NCBI GenBank assembly: GCA_965287045.1
Contig: OZ336880.1
Span: 6,572,001-6,636,000 of the forward strand
DNA: 64,000 nucleotides
Reading direction: 5' to 3'
Origin: Carcharhinus amblyrhynchos
Taxonomy: Eukaryota
Made by a program: the position numbers and the translations under genes. Shown here one piece after another: positions 51,660 through 64,000 of this stretch. Below the pieces are notes generated by a model. That model did no database searches, was not told the origin of the DNA, and was given only the letters and a program-made list of their open reading frames with translations. Every line of letters begins with the position of its first letter. The first letter of the stretch is position 1.

Positions 51660-51963
51660 TGTCAGAGGGACTGATGCAAAAGGGACATCCTTTTCCAGTA
51701 GATATGTTAACTTGCCCTCTCAGGTGGGCATAAAAGATCATGTGACACATAATTCAGCCGGAGAAAAGTTTGACTGGTATCAATATCCCTTAAGCAACAA
51801 CACTAAAATAGACTGCCTGGTCATTATCACATCACTGTGAACCTTACTGTGCACAAATTGGCTGGGGCGCTTTCAACATTGCAATAAGGCTAAGCTCCAA
51901 AAAGGGGCCATAATGGAGTGTCACAGGAGTTGTGAAAGACACTTTATGAATGCAAGTATTTCT
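51660..51963 (+). mobile_element. Deu-domain SINE fragment
   Basis: tgccctctcaggtgggcataaaagatc...ctggtcattatcacat...ctgtgcacaaattggctg. Confidence 0.75.
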
Positions 51964-53184
51964 TAAATATTATGAAAGTGATGTAACAATTAACAATGCT
52001 TAGTGTGTACGGTATTTCTTCAACCACTGGTCCAATGTTGAACTGTGTTTGGGTAAAACTTTCAAGCCCATGAAGTTAATGGTCTTGATGCCAAACTATG
52101 GTATACCTACAGGCTCATAGAACAGAAGTGAAATATAATACTGGAAGATATAGACACTTGCAATAGAACTCAGCAAGAATAGCAATTTTATTGAAAACTG
52201 CCAATCTCCAGTTTAACAGAAGTAGGCTATCAACCAATGTGCAGTTGGCAATTTTGGTCATTTAAATGTAGGTTATCTGTTTCAAAATTAGTCAAATTTA
52301 ACCTGGGCCTGCCTGGTATCCTGAATCTCAGATAAAGGGAGGCAGGGATTGCTGGATCCTGGAGCTAGTGCCTTTTCATTTACCTATGGATATCAACTGA
52401 CTTCCCTCATGCATCACTGCACCCACTTCATTGATCCTTCCAATCCCTGCTCCCCAAAGTCTCCAACTTCGCCCACCAGTGACCATCCTTAATCTCTTCT
52501 GGTGCTCTGCCCAGCTACATCCTGATGCAGAAGGCCTATTAACCCCACCGACTATTAGGCAGGCTGCACTCAAGAAACAGATAAAAAATGTTAATCAAGT
52601 CCTGCTGTTAAATTCAGCAGGATCCTTTCTACCCTACCTCAAATTAGCCCTCACTGCCTCTAAGTTAATCATCAGCCCCACAGGCCCAAAGCCACCTTTC
52701 TCACCCAAGCATACTACACTGTAGCAATGAGATAGATTTATTTCAAAAAATACTTCGGGTTTAACATAACCAGTTTGAAACATGGTAAAGGCAAAGAGTG
52801 GAGGAAAAATAAAATACTTCAGAAATTCATTGCAAAATACTATACATAATAAGCAAGATCGATCAAAAATTAGGCATGAAAAATACAATTAATGCATCTC
52901 TTCAAGATTCTCTCTTCATCTGACCCCCAATCAAGAAGCCAAACATTCAGTACATGGCAGTTGGAAACAATGAATTTGTATGAGTTATTGTGCTTTAAAA
53001 AAAAAATTATGGGGAAGATTAGATTAAAACACTGGTCATTCTTGGAGACCTAATGATGAAACCAAGTCACTCTCAAGAAAATAAAAATCTCTTTTCTAAA
53101 AAGCCAAAAGTTTACAGAATAACTGGAAAAATTTTAAAATGTCACGCTCCAAGATATTAAAAGTGCACAAGATTAAGTAAAAAG

Positions 53185-54230
53185 GGGATAGCCATTCAGC
53201 CCCAAGACTGTTCGTCTATTCAACGAGAACATTATATACTTCATGATCTAGCTCCATATATACGTCTTTGTTCCACACCCCTCAAACATCTTTGATTTAA
53301 ACAACTATCCAATTCTATTTGAAGTGTAACAATTTACCAATCACCACCTGACATGTACAGGATAGAGTTCCAAACTTCTAATTTCACTCTGAAAGGTCTG
53401 GCTCTATTTTCTAAGGTAATGCCTCATTAGGAAGAACCTCTTTCCTTTGGTTGGTGAGTCGAGAAACATTCCTTCCTCTTAATATCTTGAAAACTTCGAT
53501 CAAATTACCATGGCCAGTATACCCTTTTTTCAGGCGTAGTCGAACAGGAATTTGTATAGCAGGCTTCTATCCTTTTGTTTTCTGGTTCTCGAGATATAAA
53601 GTCAAGCATTCCATTAGTCTTTCTGATTATTTTCTGTACCTGTTTATGGTACTTTAGTGATCTATATACTGGATATCGAAGTTCTTTATACCCCCATTAT
53701 TTCTAACTTTTCAGTATTTACTTGTTCTACAAAAAAGTGGGTGACCTCATATTTGCTTATATTAAGAGGTTTTGCCATAATCTTGTTCATTCATTCACTT
53801 TATCTATCGATATGTCTGCAATCAAGTACCGCTTACAATACTGCCCGTCTTGATGACATTGACAAATTTGGACATGTGGCTTTCTATCCTAAGTCTGTAA
53901 TAAAGACTGAACAGTTAAGATCCCAACATAGATCTTTGCAGGTCACGCTTATTACATTATAGCACTTAGCCATTATCATTATGCTGTTTCCTGCTGCTCA
54001 GCCAATTTCCTAACCAGTTCAATAATTCATCTTTAGTCCATAATTTTTAACTTTTGTTAACAGTCTCTTATGTAGGATATCTGGAAGTCCAAATGAGTAA
54101 CATGCATGGACAATTCCCCTAACCACTACTTTGGCTACATCTTCAAAAAGAAGAATTCATAAGGTATGACCTATCTTTCATGTGGTTGTCTGAAAATTTG
54201 TCTCTCTTTAGTGCTATTAATTTCTCTGTT
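53185..54230 (-). mobile_element. Highly decayed CR1
   Basis: gccattcagccc tail; ctggaagtccaaat antisense RT motif. Confidence 0.55.
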
Positions 54231-54824
54231 ATATTAATAATTGAGATGTGATGAGAGAGATATCACCTGGCACAACAAAACCACACCGAAAAAAATGAAA
54301 CAGACTGGAACCATGGTGTATTAGGGCTCTGTTGCTGCCCTCAAAACCCACTCCTGATCACTATTAAATAGGAAATCTCTATGCATAAATGTCAGGCAAA
54401 GGCAGAATTAGATGCATTGGCCTCCAAGCAGCCTACCAACACTCTAAAGAAGAAGAAATTTTGACTTCAGCAAGGTACTAGAAGGCAACCACTGTTCATA
54501 GAACTATAAATTGCCATGACTCAGCATGTGTAAAATATCAGAGTTTTTTTTAATTAAAAAGTTAATCACCAGACAGGTTCCCTTAGAGCCAAGAATTTAT
54601 TTTGCACCCAGAATTTTCTTCAAGAGCTCAATTTTTGAGCTGTGTAATCAGGTGCCAAATCCAATTGTCAGGATATGCCAAAGTAGAAGATGTGAGACTC
54701 TAAGTTGCATGGCAAGTGATGATTGTATTGTTGAATTGAAACTCATTTCTGTTGCAGGACAGAATTTCAAAAAGCATAAAAATGATTTAATCAGATGTTT
54801 GAATTGAGTATTTTTCGTCCATAC

Positions 54825-55007
54825 TTGTTGCATTTGCTCACTCTCCTGGTAAGTGGTCAGTTGATCCTGGAGATCTTCCACCTGAGCACTGAGATGTTCC
54901 AAAGCCATTTCTTTGCCTTGCAACTGATCTTCAAGCTGGATTATTTTTAACTGGCAGACCTGAAGCTCCGTTTGGGCAAACCCTGTACTGTTATTCACCT
55001 CTTCCGC
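54825..55007 (-). CDS. PCNT: PCNT exon (183 bp, 0-0): AEEVNNSTGF...ESEQMQQ
   Basis: Acceptor tcttttccag, donor CAA|gtatgg; coiled-coil; within ORF 54648..54998. Confidence 0.85.
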
Positions 55008-55922
55008 CTGGAAAAGATAATTTCAAGTGAAGGTCTTTCCTTTTGCTTTTATTTGATTTTAAATGATGTAATTAAGTACACAACTGAGGAAATGAAAAGA
55101 GGGTCAGATACAAATACAGAGCCAACATACCATAGGAATTGCATTGCTTCCAAAACGGCAATCAATCCTATCAAAAGTAACCAATTCAGAGAGCATAATC
55201 ATAAAATTACCTAGATAACGCAACCTTAAATTATAGGCAGACTGACACAAAGAAGGAAGAGCATTGAGCCAGGGTGCCAACTATCAATGATACGTTTTGA
55301 AAAGTGTACATTAGTGGATGTCAAGTTAGCTTTCCATTAAGTTGTTTTTTTACCACCCTCCACCATCATAGCATGACAACATTTTGATTCGCATAAAGAA
55401 TGGACACTTGATAAAAGCATGGGAAGGTTGCCTATTAGTCTAATCTTCAGAGAATGGATAGAAAATTGGAGAATGGAGGAGGAATGGAGTGAAACATGAA
55501 ACATAACATACAGAAAGCAAAGAAATAGGGATTCCCATGGGTGCATAAATCAAATACCATTATTGGGTTCTTGGATGATTTTGGTATATAGTTAACATCA
55601 AGCAAAATCAGATCTCACTTGTGAATTTACAAATGTTTGTGTGGGCACATCAGTGTACAGAATGCAATCTAGGTATAAAGGAATACAAGAGGAACTTTTG
55701 CAGCAAAATACTGCATCTGATTACATTGAAACATCATTTCACAAAACAAATTATTTGTAGTATGTGACTTGAAGAGGCAAATACAAAGCAATACTGCAGG
55801 AAGAACGTGGATCTGCGTTTCAAAGATTCTAGTTATAAAACTAAGTCCTGAATGCAGCAGCCAAAATGGCAAAGATGCCCTGAATCATACAGAAAAATTT
55901 GGAATTTAGATCAACAGCTCAC

Positions 55923-55973
55923 CTCAACTGCGAGGTCCTCCACTGTACTTGTGCTCGACAGTTCACCATCAGC
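55923..55973 (-). CDS. PCNT: PCNT small exon (51 bp, phase 0-0): ADGELSSTSTVEDLAVE
   Basis: Acceptor ctttgctttcctcag, donor GAG|gtgagc, open frame; no homology support recalled. Confidence 0.7.
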
Positions 55974-56968
55974 CTGAGGAAAGCAAAGGTGAGGGCAATA
56001 AAGATAACATACAGGAAAATCAAAGTTAACAATTTGTAATAAGTCACCGTTTGATGTTTTTAGACAACATAGAGGTTGCACTCAGATCTCAACATCTCAA
56101 ATTAATCATCACAACTTGTTTTGATAAAAAGGAATCGCGAGGAAAAAAAAGCAGAGTTTAAAATATTTTTAAAAAAAACAAAATTCAAGAAGAGCAATAG
56201 CAATCACTGTAAACTCAGCAGGTCAGTCCACACCAAATGAAGGAATGGGTAATTATGGGTTTCAGACATATAGGCCTTCATCTAGATGGAGACAAGATGA
56301 TGAACAGGAATGTGAATAGAAACAAAAAGTGCGGAGGGGCGGCACCCATGAGGAACTAAAACTGTTTAAAGAAGTACGAGGAGATGGAAATATCTGGCTG
56401 ATCTTTCTCCTCCCCAAGAAAACATAGGGACTCAGTTTTAACTTCTCAGCCAAAAGATGGCACCTCTAACACACAGCACTTGGAATCCAAAACTTGAGAT
56501 TGAGGTGGGGGAGCTACCAACAGAAACATGGCTGATGCCAAGAGAAGACGCAAGACTCCTCATTTTTCAACTCCCCAGCCATGTTAAGTAACTCACGTGA
56601 GCCTGAACTCACTGCAAGGTTTCAGGATGGGTGAAATCAGCAATTTGACCAAATTGCTCTTCAGCTGCTGTCCACTTGATGCACTTGCCACTGAAATGTG
56701 GCCAGGTATTGTAGCAGGGAGTTGACTTAATGGCTGCAATTTGGGTGTGAGTCACTTGCCCTGTATAAAAGTAGACAGGTTTTCCATCTGCGCAGAATGA
56801 CAGCACAATATGGCAACAAGGAAGCCCAAGGAAATTCAGTGTAGAGGGGAAAGGAGATGCTGCTTTATATACCAGTTACTGAAAGCTGAAAAAAAAAATT
56901 GAGTGTTCAAGGCTTTAATAAGACGAGCAGGCAGATTGCTTGGTGAATTTTTAAGATTTTACCCTGTA

Positions 56969-57290
56969 GGGCAGTGTGGTGGCACAGTGGTTAGCACTGC
57001 TGCCTCACAGTACCAGGGACTAGGATTTGATTCCCGGCTTGGGTGACTGTCTGTGTGGAGTTTGCACATTCTCCAGATTTACTCCAGGTGTCCGTTTTCC
57101 TCCCGCAGTCCAAAGGTGCGTGGATAAGGTTGATTGGCCAAGCTAAATTGTCTTTTAGTGTCGGGGGATGAGGGAGGTGATTAGGACTGTAAATGTGTGC
57201 AGTTATGGGTTGGGACATGGGTGGGATTGTTGTTGGTGCAGGATTGATAGGCCCGAATGGCCTCCTTCTGTACTGTAGATTCTATGGTCT
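56969..57290 (+). mobile_element. HE1-like V-SINE
   Basis: ggtggcacagtggttagcactgctgcctcacag head; V-domain; ccgaatggcctccttctgtactgtagattctatg tail. Confidence 0.9.
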
Positions 57291-58019
57291 ATATGAAGAC
57301 AGTAACTTAAAATCAGTACTGGGATGATACAAGTATTACACTAAATTTATAGTCCTACTAATTACATTATTTCATATAACAACAGATATTAGTTGTGATA
57401 TTTCTTAACTTGAAACCTAACTAGTTAAATAATACACAATAAAAATGGTAGGGCAGATGATGTGTTGCAGCTATAGCCTGTGGGATCTATTGAACATCAG
57501 GTTGATTCTCGGCAACTGCAGCTCGAGGGACCTCAAGCTCAGAGTTGATGAAAGTTAACTGGACATTTTATTCCAAGAGTCAGTCACACTGCTTGGTTAG
57601 GTTCATTTGGTTCATGGACAGGGACAGTTTGGGTCTGATTAAGAATGAGGCAGACATGGGGACCCATGCAATGGCAGAGGTTTAGTCCTTGCAACTGTCC
57701 AACAATTTGAGGTTCTTGCAACCTGTGTGTCGGGCAGATGAGTTTACTAGCAAACACGGTCACAGTAGAGAAAATGGCTTTAAACCAACAGAAAGGGTTT
57801 GAGGTCAAGAGACTTTGAAATCCAAACATAAAAAGTTGAGGCAATGGGAAAGTAAGTATCTCCACATGGATAAAGATCAGCTGAATGGAACAGAAAGAGA
57901 GTTTAACAGTAATAGTGAATCAGGAAGTAAGGTACATATTGGAAATAAGAAAAGGTTTTAAGTCATTTTATCTGAATGGGCAAAACATGAAGGGCACTGG
58001 GATACTGCAAAGGCTATTT

Positions 58020-59440
58020 TGGTCCTGATAACATTCCAGCAATAGTACTGAAAATTTGTATTCTGGAACTAGTCACACCCCTAGCCAAGCTGTTCCACTT
58101 GGAAACAACACTTGGTATCTATCTCGACAATGTGAAGAATTGCCCAGCTATGCTCTGTGCACAAAAAGCAGAATAAATCGAGCCAATTAATGCCCCATTA
58201 GACTACTCTCAATCGGCAAAGTAATGGAAGTGGTCATCAACAGTGCTATCAAACAGAAATCAAACGAGCAATAACCTGCTCCCTAATCCTGAGTTTGGTT
58301 TTCACCAGGTCCACTCAGCTCCTAACCTCATTACAGTCTTGGACCAAAAGTGGACAAAAGAGCTGAAATTCTGGAGTCGGGGGGAGTGACTATCCTGGAC
58401 ATCTGGGCAGTATTTGATCAAGTGTGGCATCAAGGAACCCTGCGAAACTCAACTCAATGGGAATCAGAGGAAAAACACATCATTGGCTGGAGGTATATCT
58501 AGCAGAGATGGTTGTGGTTATTGGAGGTCATTCATCTTAGCCCTGAGACAACACTGCAGGAGACCCTCAGGGTAGTGTCCATGGCCCAATCATCTTCAAC
58601 TACTTAAATTACCTTCCTTCGATCACAGGGACAGACATGGGGATGTCCACAGATAATTGCAAGATGTTCAGCACCATTCTTCACTCCTCAGCAGCAGTTC
58701 ATGTCCAAAAGCAGCCAAACTTGGACATTATTCAAGCTTGGGCTGATAAGCTGCAAGTAACATTCATGCCACAAAAGTGCCAGGCAATGGCCTTTGCCAA
58801 CAAGACAGAATCCAACCAAGTCTTAACATTCAATGGCATCACCAATGCTGAATCCTCCACTATCAACAACCTGGGGAAACTGAACTGGACCAGCCATGTA
58901 AATATTATGGCTACAAAAGCTAGAGATGCTGAGAAATCTTCAAACTTCCTGACTCCCCAAGCCTGCACAACATTTATAAGGCTCAAGCCAGAGTGGAAAT
59001 AGCCTGGATAAGTGCAATTCCAACACACGAAAAGCTTGACATCATCCAGGCCAAAGGAGACAGCTTGATTGGCATCCCATCCACCACCTTCAACATTCAC
59101 TTCCTTTACCACTGTTGCATGTTGGCAGCAGTGTGTACCATCTACAAGATGCACTGCAGCAACTTACCAAGGCCCCTTCAACAGCAGCATCCAAACCCTT
59201 GACATAAACCAACTGGAAGGAGCTGGGCGGGTGATGCAGGAGATCATCTCCAGCTGCAAACTGCCCTCCAATTCACACACTATCCACACTTGGACTATAT
59301 CATTACTTTTCACAGTGGCTGGGTCAAAAACCTGGAACTCCCTTCCTAACAGCACTGTGGGCATTCCAACAGCATACGAACTGCAGCTGCTCATGAAGGC
59401 AGTGCACCACAACCTTCACAAGGGCAATAAATGATGGTGA
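58020..59440 (+). mobile_element. 5'-truncated LINE of the second CR1/L2-group family (RT through 3' UTR), frameshifted
   Basis: Decayed L-D-I-x-A-x-F-D-Q-V-W-H-Q-G, P-Q-G-S-V-x-G-P and G-M-S-T-D-N-C (from FADDC) motifs; tail aagggcaataaatg. Confidence 0.85.
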
Positions 59441-59711
59441 ATAAAGAAAATACTTTTATTCGGTAACGATATCATCAATACAATTCAAAGGGAACACAAA
59501 TTATTCAAAACAGAATAAAGCTTTGAGGTGCAGATCAGCAATGATTTGAGAATGGCAAAAAAAATTTAAGGATCCTACACCTGTTCCTACTTGCCAAGTT
59601 CATTCCCTCAGCTGTTTAGCCCTGGAGAAGTGGTATCTGAGTCACTTTGGCTTCTATCAATCACCTTTGAGTGTTTGAGGATTTCTATAGTGATCACTTT
59701 TCCAGGAATCA

Positions 59712-60009
59712 AAGTTATTTATTTATTAGTAATAAGCAGGCTTACAAGGAAGTTACTGTGAATATCCTCTAGTCATCACATTTCAGCGCCTGTTCAGGTA
59801 CACTGAGGGAGAATTTAGCATGGCCAATGCACCTAACCAGCACATCTTTCAGACTGCTGGTTTCGGGAGGAAACCAGAGCACCCGGACGAAACCCACATA
59901 GACACGGGGAGAATGTGCAAACTCCACAGACACAGACAGTGACCCAAGGTGGGAATTGAGCCCAGGTCCCTGGCACTGTGAGGCAGCAGTGCTAACCATT
60001 GTGCTGCCC
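59712..60009 (-). mobile_element. V-SINE with HE1-type head/core and a different 3' tail
   Basis: ggggagaatgtgcaaactccacag...gaggcagcagtgctaacca; tail gcgcctgttcaggtacactgagggagaatttagc and (attt)n. Confidence 0.85.
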
Positions 60010-60930
60010 AATTGGGATTAACTTTTTGAAAGTTTAAATTTTACAGCAATGTGGATTCTGTAACTACGTAGCTGACAAGGTACAAATGTTTTCCTCCTGC
60101 TCTGTGTGCTGGACAGCAATGGATCTTTCACAGCAAGGCAAACCTTGGACTTCATGAACCTCAGATGGTGAATGACAGGAACCAAGATGATTTATATTTC
60201 ACTTCCTCACGGCTGAACAACTGTACTAATGAACTCGGCTTGATATATCTTTATATCTATGGAAAGGCAAATCTAATTTGTATAGCACTGTTACTCTATT
60301 GCAATATAAATTACTTTGTCAGGTACATAAAAATAATAAAAATAGAAATCATCTATTAATCCCGAACAGAATGGCTGGGATTCTTGCTACACAGTTTTTA
60401 AAAAGTCACATTAATTTTAAGGGTCTCAGTAAGTTAGCAAACAACAAATAAAGCAAAACTCTTTCAAGTACATACCAACAATTAAATTTCATTTTACAAA
60501 GTTGGATGGGGGTGGGATAGGGAAAGAGGGGTGATGCTGAAAGAAATAGTGCAAAATGTTAGCTGTGGAATCATTGCTCTACCACATCGCAGGACATATG
60601 GAACATTTTAATTGGCAACTTTTATTGCGAATGCTATGGAAACCTCATCAGCTCACCAATTTGTACTAAACATCGAGTTATTGCAGTTCTGAAAACTGAA
60701 GCAGTTTATATTAGATCTGCGTCCAAAAGCTTATTAACATCACCTACCATGGTATCATTAAATACATTATGCAATAATATTACAATTTTATGATTTTTAT
60801 TTGCAACTTTGAAGCATTTAGTATTAATATTTTGTAGGATTATGCAGCCTACCCCAACAATTTATCTACTTTATTTTGAAGCTGGCTCACTCCTTCGCAT
60901 CCTTAAATGTAACTTGTGTGTGTGATTTAC

Positions 60931-61080
60931 CTCCTGTTCCACAATAGTCCCATCCTTTTCAGCTAATGAGTGCTCTTCCAGCGGAAGGTCATTCTGATGG
61001 AAAACCTGGCTCTTCCTCTTCTTCTTTTTCGTCGAATCCGAACGGTCACCTTTTGCTTTTTGTTGTCGGTAGTGAGCAAG
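60931..61080 (-). CDS. PCNT: PCNT exon, probably exon 2 (150 bp, phase 0-0): LAHYRQQKAKGD...IVEQE
   Basis: Acceptor ttttctctgcag, donor GAG|gtaaat; conserved PCNT/AKAP9 N-terminal motif. Confidence 0.9.
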
Positions 61081-62176
61081 CTGCAGAGAAAAGTGAAGGA
61101 GAGGTAGAAAGAGAGATAAGTGAGGAATAGATAACATGACCACAGCACCAGCATGCTGAGATGATATTGTACAATGACCACACATAGAGATGTTGAAGAT
61201 CAGTAAGACAGTAAAGGCAAGGCTGCACAGGCTTTCAATATATGGGATAAATAAATCAAAATTTGAATTGTTTCAAAAAGCTTTGCTTTTTGCTATTAAC
61301 ATATTTCTTTTAATAGGACTCTTCTCTGACCCTGTACACAAATCTGTGGAATAGACTTGACTAAGAACATTACAGAAATGCTTGTCTCAGGTTGATATGT
61401 ATTACTATGCCTCCTGCTCACAAGCCTTAGTTTATCACTTTTACACCATAAGTGATGAGGATTTTTTTTGCCTAAGAGTAGCCCTGCAATTGATGGCTTG
61501 GTAACTGTAGTCCTCCTCTGCTTGTTAAGCAGCTTACAACAGATTAGAGCTTTGGCACACAAACCCTTACATTCAGATACAGTGAAGCTGCAATATATAA
61601 TCTAACCAATGGATACAGAAGAAACTGGAGGTGGATGTGTATAAGAAAAGAAACCCCAGAACAATCCACTGAGATAATCTAATCATTGAAGGTCACCTCA
61701 GAAATTGTGACAATTAGGAGAGCACTATCTTTCCTGGCCTTTCCAGAGAACTAAATTGATATTCCCATTGTGTGAACGCCTCAAAATTAGACAGCAGAAA
61801 CAGTAATTTAATAGAATCTTGTCTCCTCTGATAATGACTGCAGCTTAGTGAATAAAGCAGGAATACAGTTTGATTAATACCCAGTTTAACAGAATTTGCT
61901 CAATGCCTGGGAACAAATGAAGCATTTATATCTGACACTTCATCTAATAGCAAGTTCCAACAAAATTATAACCAACAGGTACCAATGAATGATGGAAAGA
62001 TACAATGCAAAAAACCTTCAGCACTTTAACTAAATGCACTTTGCTACTGGGCCAAGCAGGCAAAGAAACTTCAATTCTTGGTCTGGGCTAATTATCCAAT
62101 CTTCGCTGGTACAGCACAGAAGGCACAGCAATTAGCCTTCCTCAGCTCTTTTTGACAAGAGTAGGGTGATAGCGAC

Positions 62177-63935
62177 CATAAGAAACAGGAGTAGGCCATT
62201 AAGTCCCTCAAACCTGCTCTGCCATTCAATAGGACGATGGCTGATCTAACATTCCTCATGTCCACTTTCCTGCCCTTTCCTCATAACCCTTGATTCGCTT
62301 GCTGATCAAGAATTAATCTACCTCAGCCTCAAATAAACACAATGACTCTACCTCCATAGCCCTATGGCATGGGATTCCAAAGACTCACAACCTTCAGAGA
62401 AGAAATTCCTCCTCATCTCAGTATTAATAAATTGGCGCACCTTTACTCTAAGATTCTCCCACGAGAGGAAGCATCCTCTCGGCATTTGCCTGGTCAAGTC
62501 CTTTAAGAATCACATATGTTTCACCTCTCATTGTTCTAAATTCCAATGAGTAGAGTCCCAATCTATTTAATTTTTCCTCATAAAACAGTCCCTCCATACC
62601 AGGGATCATCTCAGTGGCTCTTCTCTGAACTATTTCGAATGAAATAATATCATTCCATAAACAAAGGGACAAAAATTGCTCTCAATCCTTTAGCTGTGAT
62701 GTCACCAGTACTTTATATGGTTGCAGCAACACTTCCCTACCCTTATACGCCAACCCCTTGAAATAAGAGTCAACATTCCATTAGCCTTCCTGATTACCTG
62801 TTGTACCAGCTTTGTTTTTCATGCACTAGTACCCCCCAAATCCATCTGTGTGGCAGCTTTCTGCAGTTTTTCTCCATTTAAATTGTACTCTTTTTGTTCC
62901 CAAATTGAACAACTTCACATTCTACTCCATTTGACAACTTTTTGACCACTTATTTAACCTATCAATATCACTTTGTAATATCAATATCAATATCACTGTT
63001 GGCATCCCTCTCGCAACTTATCCGCCCACCTACTGTGTTGTCTGCAAATTTAGCAACAGTACATTTGCTTCCTTCCTCCGAGTCATTAACATACATTATA
63101 AACAGTTGTGGACCAAGCATTGACCTCTGGAGCCATGCAGATCCGCTTGATTAAGTTATGATTTTCCAAATGTGCTGCTATTTCTTCCTTAATAATCGAT
63201 TCCAACATTTTTCCAACAATAGGTGTTAGACTAATTGGCCTTCAAGGTACTAGGTTTTGCCTCCCTCGCTTTTTGAATAGAGATGTCTCCAACCCTGTGG
63301 TGGTTCTCCAGAATCCAAGGATTTTTGGAAAATTACAACCAATTCATCCACTATCTCTGTAGCTATTTCTTTTAGGTTCCTAGAATGTAAGCCATCAGGT
63401 CTAGGGGACTTATCTGCCATTAGTTTCATTAGTTTGTATAATACTACTTTTCTAGGTGATGATAGTGATACTTAGTTCCTCCCTCATATTCTTTAGTATT
63501 AATGGGAGTTCGAAGTATCTTCCACCATAAAGACTGATGCAAAACATCAGTTTAATTCCTCTGCCATTTCCTTGTTTCCAATAACTATAGCCCTCAGATT
63601 CATTTTCTTAGTTTGCCCTCAGTTTATTTTCTATCATTTTAGTTTTCCTTTGCTGGATTCTGAATTTATCCTAGTCTTCAGGGCTATCAATGACTTTTGC
63701 CTCTTTATGTGCTTTTTCTTTCAACTTAACACTCTCCTTAACTTACTTGGTTAGCCATGGTTTAATCTTCTCTTAGAATCTTTCCTCCTTACTGGGATAT
63801 ATTTTTGTTGAGAGTCACGAACTATCTCCTTAAAATGTCCGCCATTGCTTGCTTACTGTCTTTCCAGCTAATCTATCCACCCAGTCCACTTTAGCGAACT
63901 CTATCCTCATTTCGTTATAATTCCCTTGATTTAAG
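62177..63935 (-). mobile_element. Long decayed CR1 ORF2/3' UTR
   Basis: ORF 62448..62672 VQRRATEMIPGMEGLFYEEKLNRLGLYSLEFR; tail cataagaaacaggagtaggccatt. Confidence 0.88.
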
Positions 63936-64000
63936 TAGACTATGGAAAGAAGTGGAAAGAAGAAAAATATTCAATCAAGCCTCCTGATCACAATGCACAA

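Larger units (their letters stand above)
1947..61080 (-). other. PCNT: Pericentrin gene, partial: 19 internal coding exons, 1903 codons of centrosomal coiled-coil scaffold
   Basis: Exon chain with AG/GT (one GC) boundaries and matching phases. Peptides LAHYRQQKAKGD, LELESLRLSLNNMHRAQLELMQSNLQREKE, LWSQLERSRTNHEELS and LLACTSRVEDVEHLKQ...ELEQLKSYFEEKL match recalled human PCNT (LAHFRQRKTKGD, LELEALRLSLSNMHTAQLELTQANLQKEKE, LWSQLDSARTSRQELS, LLARTSRVEDLEQLKQ...ELEQLRIYFEKKL). Confidence 0.9.

Noticed and set aside
52290-56965. Further Harbinger-like MITE remnants (about 52290-52630 and 56560-56964)
   Set aside because: Only one terminus-like sequence was visible (aagattttaccc), too degraded to delimit.
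56969-57045. tRNA gene (also at 35189 and 1440-1520)
   Set aside because: These are tRNA-derived SINE heads that continue into SINE body and tail; no full cloverleaf.
47984-59434. Several overlapping 70-140 aa ORFs at about 48000-48600 and 58600-59400
   Set aside because: Frameshifted pieces of the same decayed LINE family; no intact ORF2.
1947-61080. Calling the gene AKAP9
   Set aside because: Similarity to AKAP9 is limited to the 5' block. The LAHYRQQKAKGD exon and the exons from 28661 to 12209 match PCNT-specific peptides in order.

Overview
This is eukaryotic, intron-rich vertebrate DNA. The repeat content (HE1/V-SINEs, Deu-domain SINEs, CR1 and L2 LINEs, Penelope-like terminal repeats) points to a shark or other elasmobranch. 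The whole window lies inside one minus-strand gene, best identified as pericentrin (PCNT). I reconstructed 19 internal coding exons between 61080 and 1947. Their splice phases are all compatible, giving 5709 nt or 1903 codons of coiled-coil protein; the start exon and the C-terminal PACT domain lie outside the window. The introns are mostly decayed transposons. Main points of interest: (1) a large AKAP9-like N-terminal exon block, including a 2190-bp exon, that human PCNT as I recall it lacks; (2) a probable GC-AG intron; (3) four short 95-265 bp segments copied from a donor 0.3-1.7 kb away, three into older transposons and one as an inverted hairpin; (4) degenerate Penelope-type hammerhead ribozyme motifs. 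I found no prokaryote-type or other novel multigene system. Protein and repeat identifications come from recalled sequences, not database searches, and repeat boundaries are approximate.
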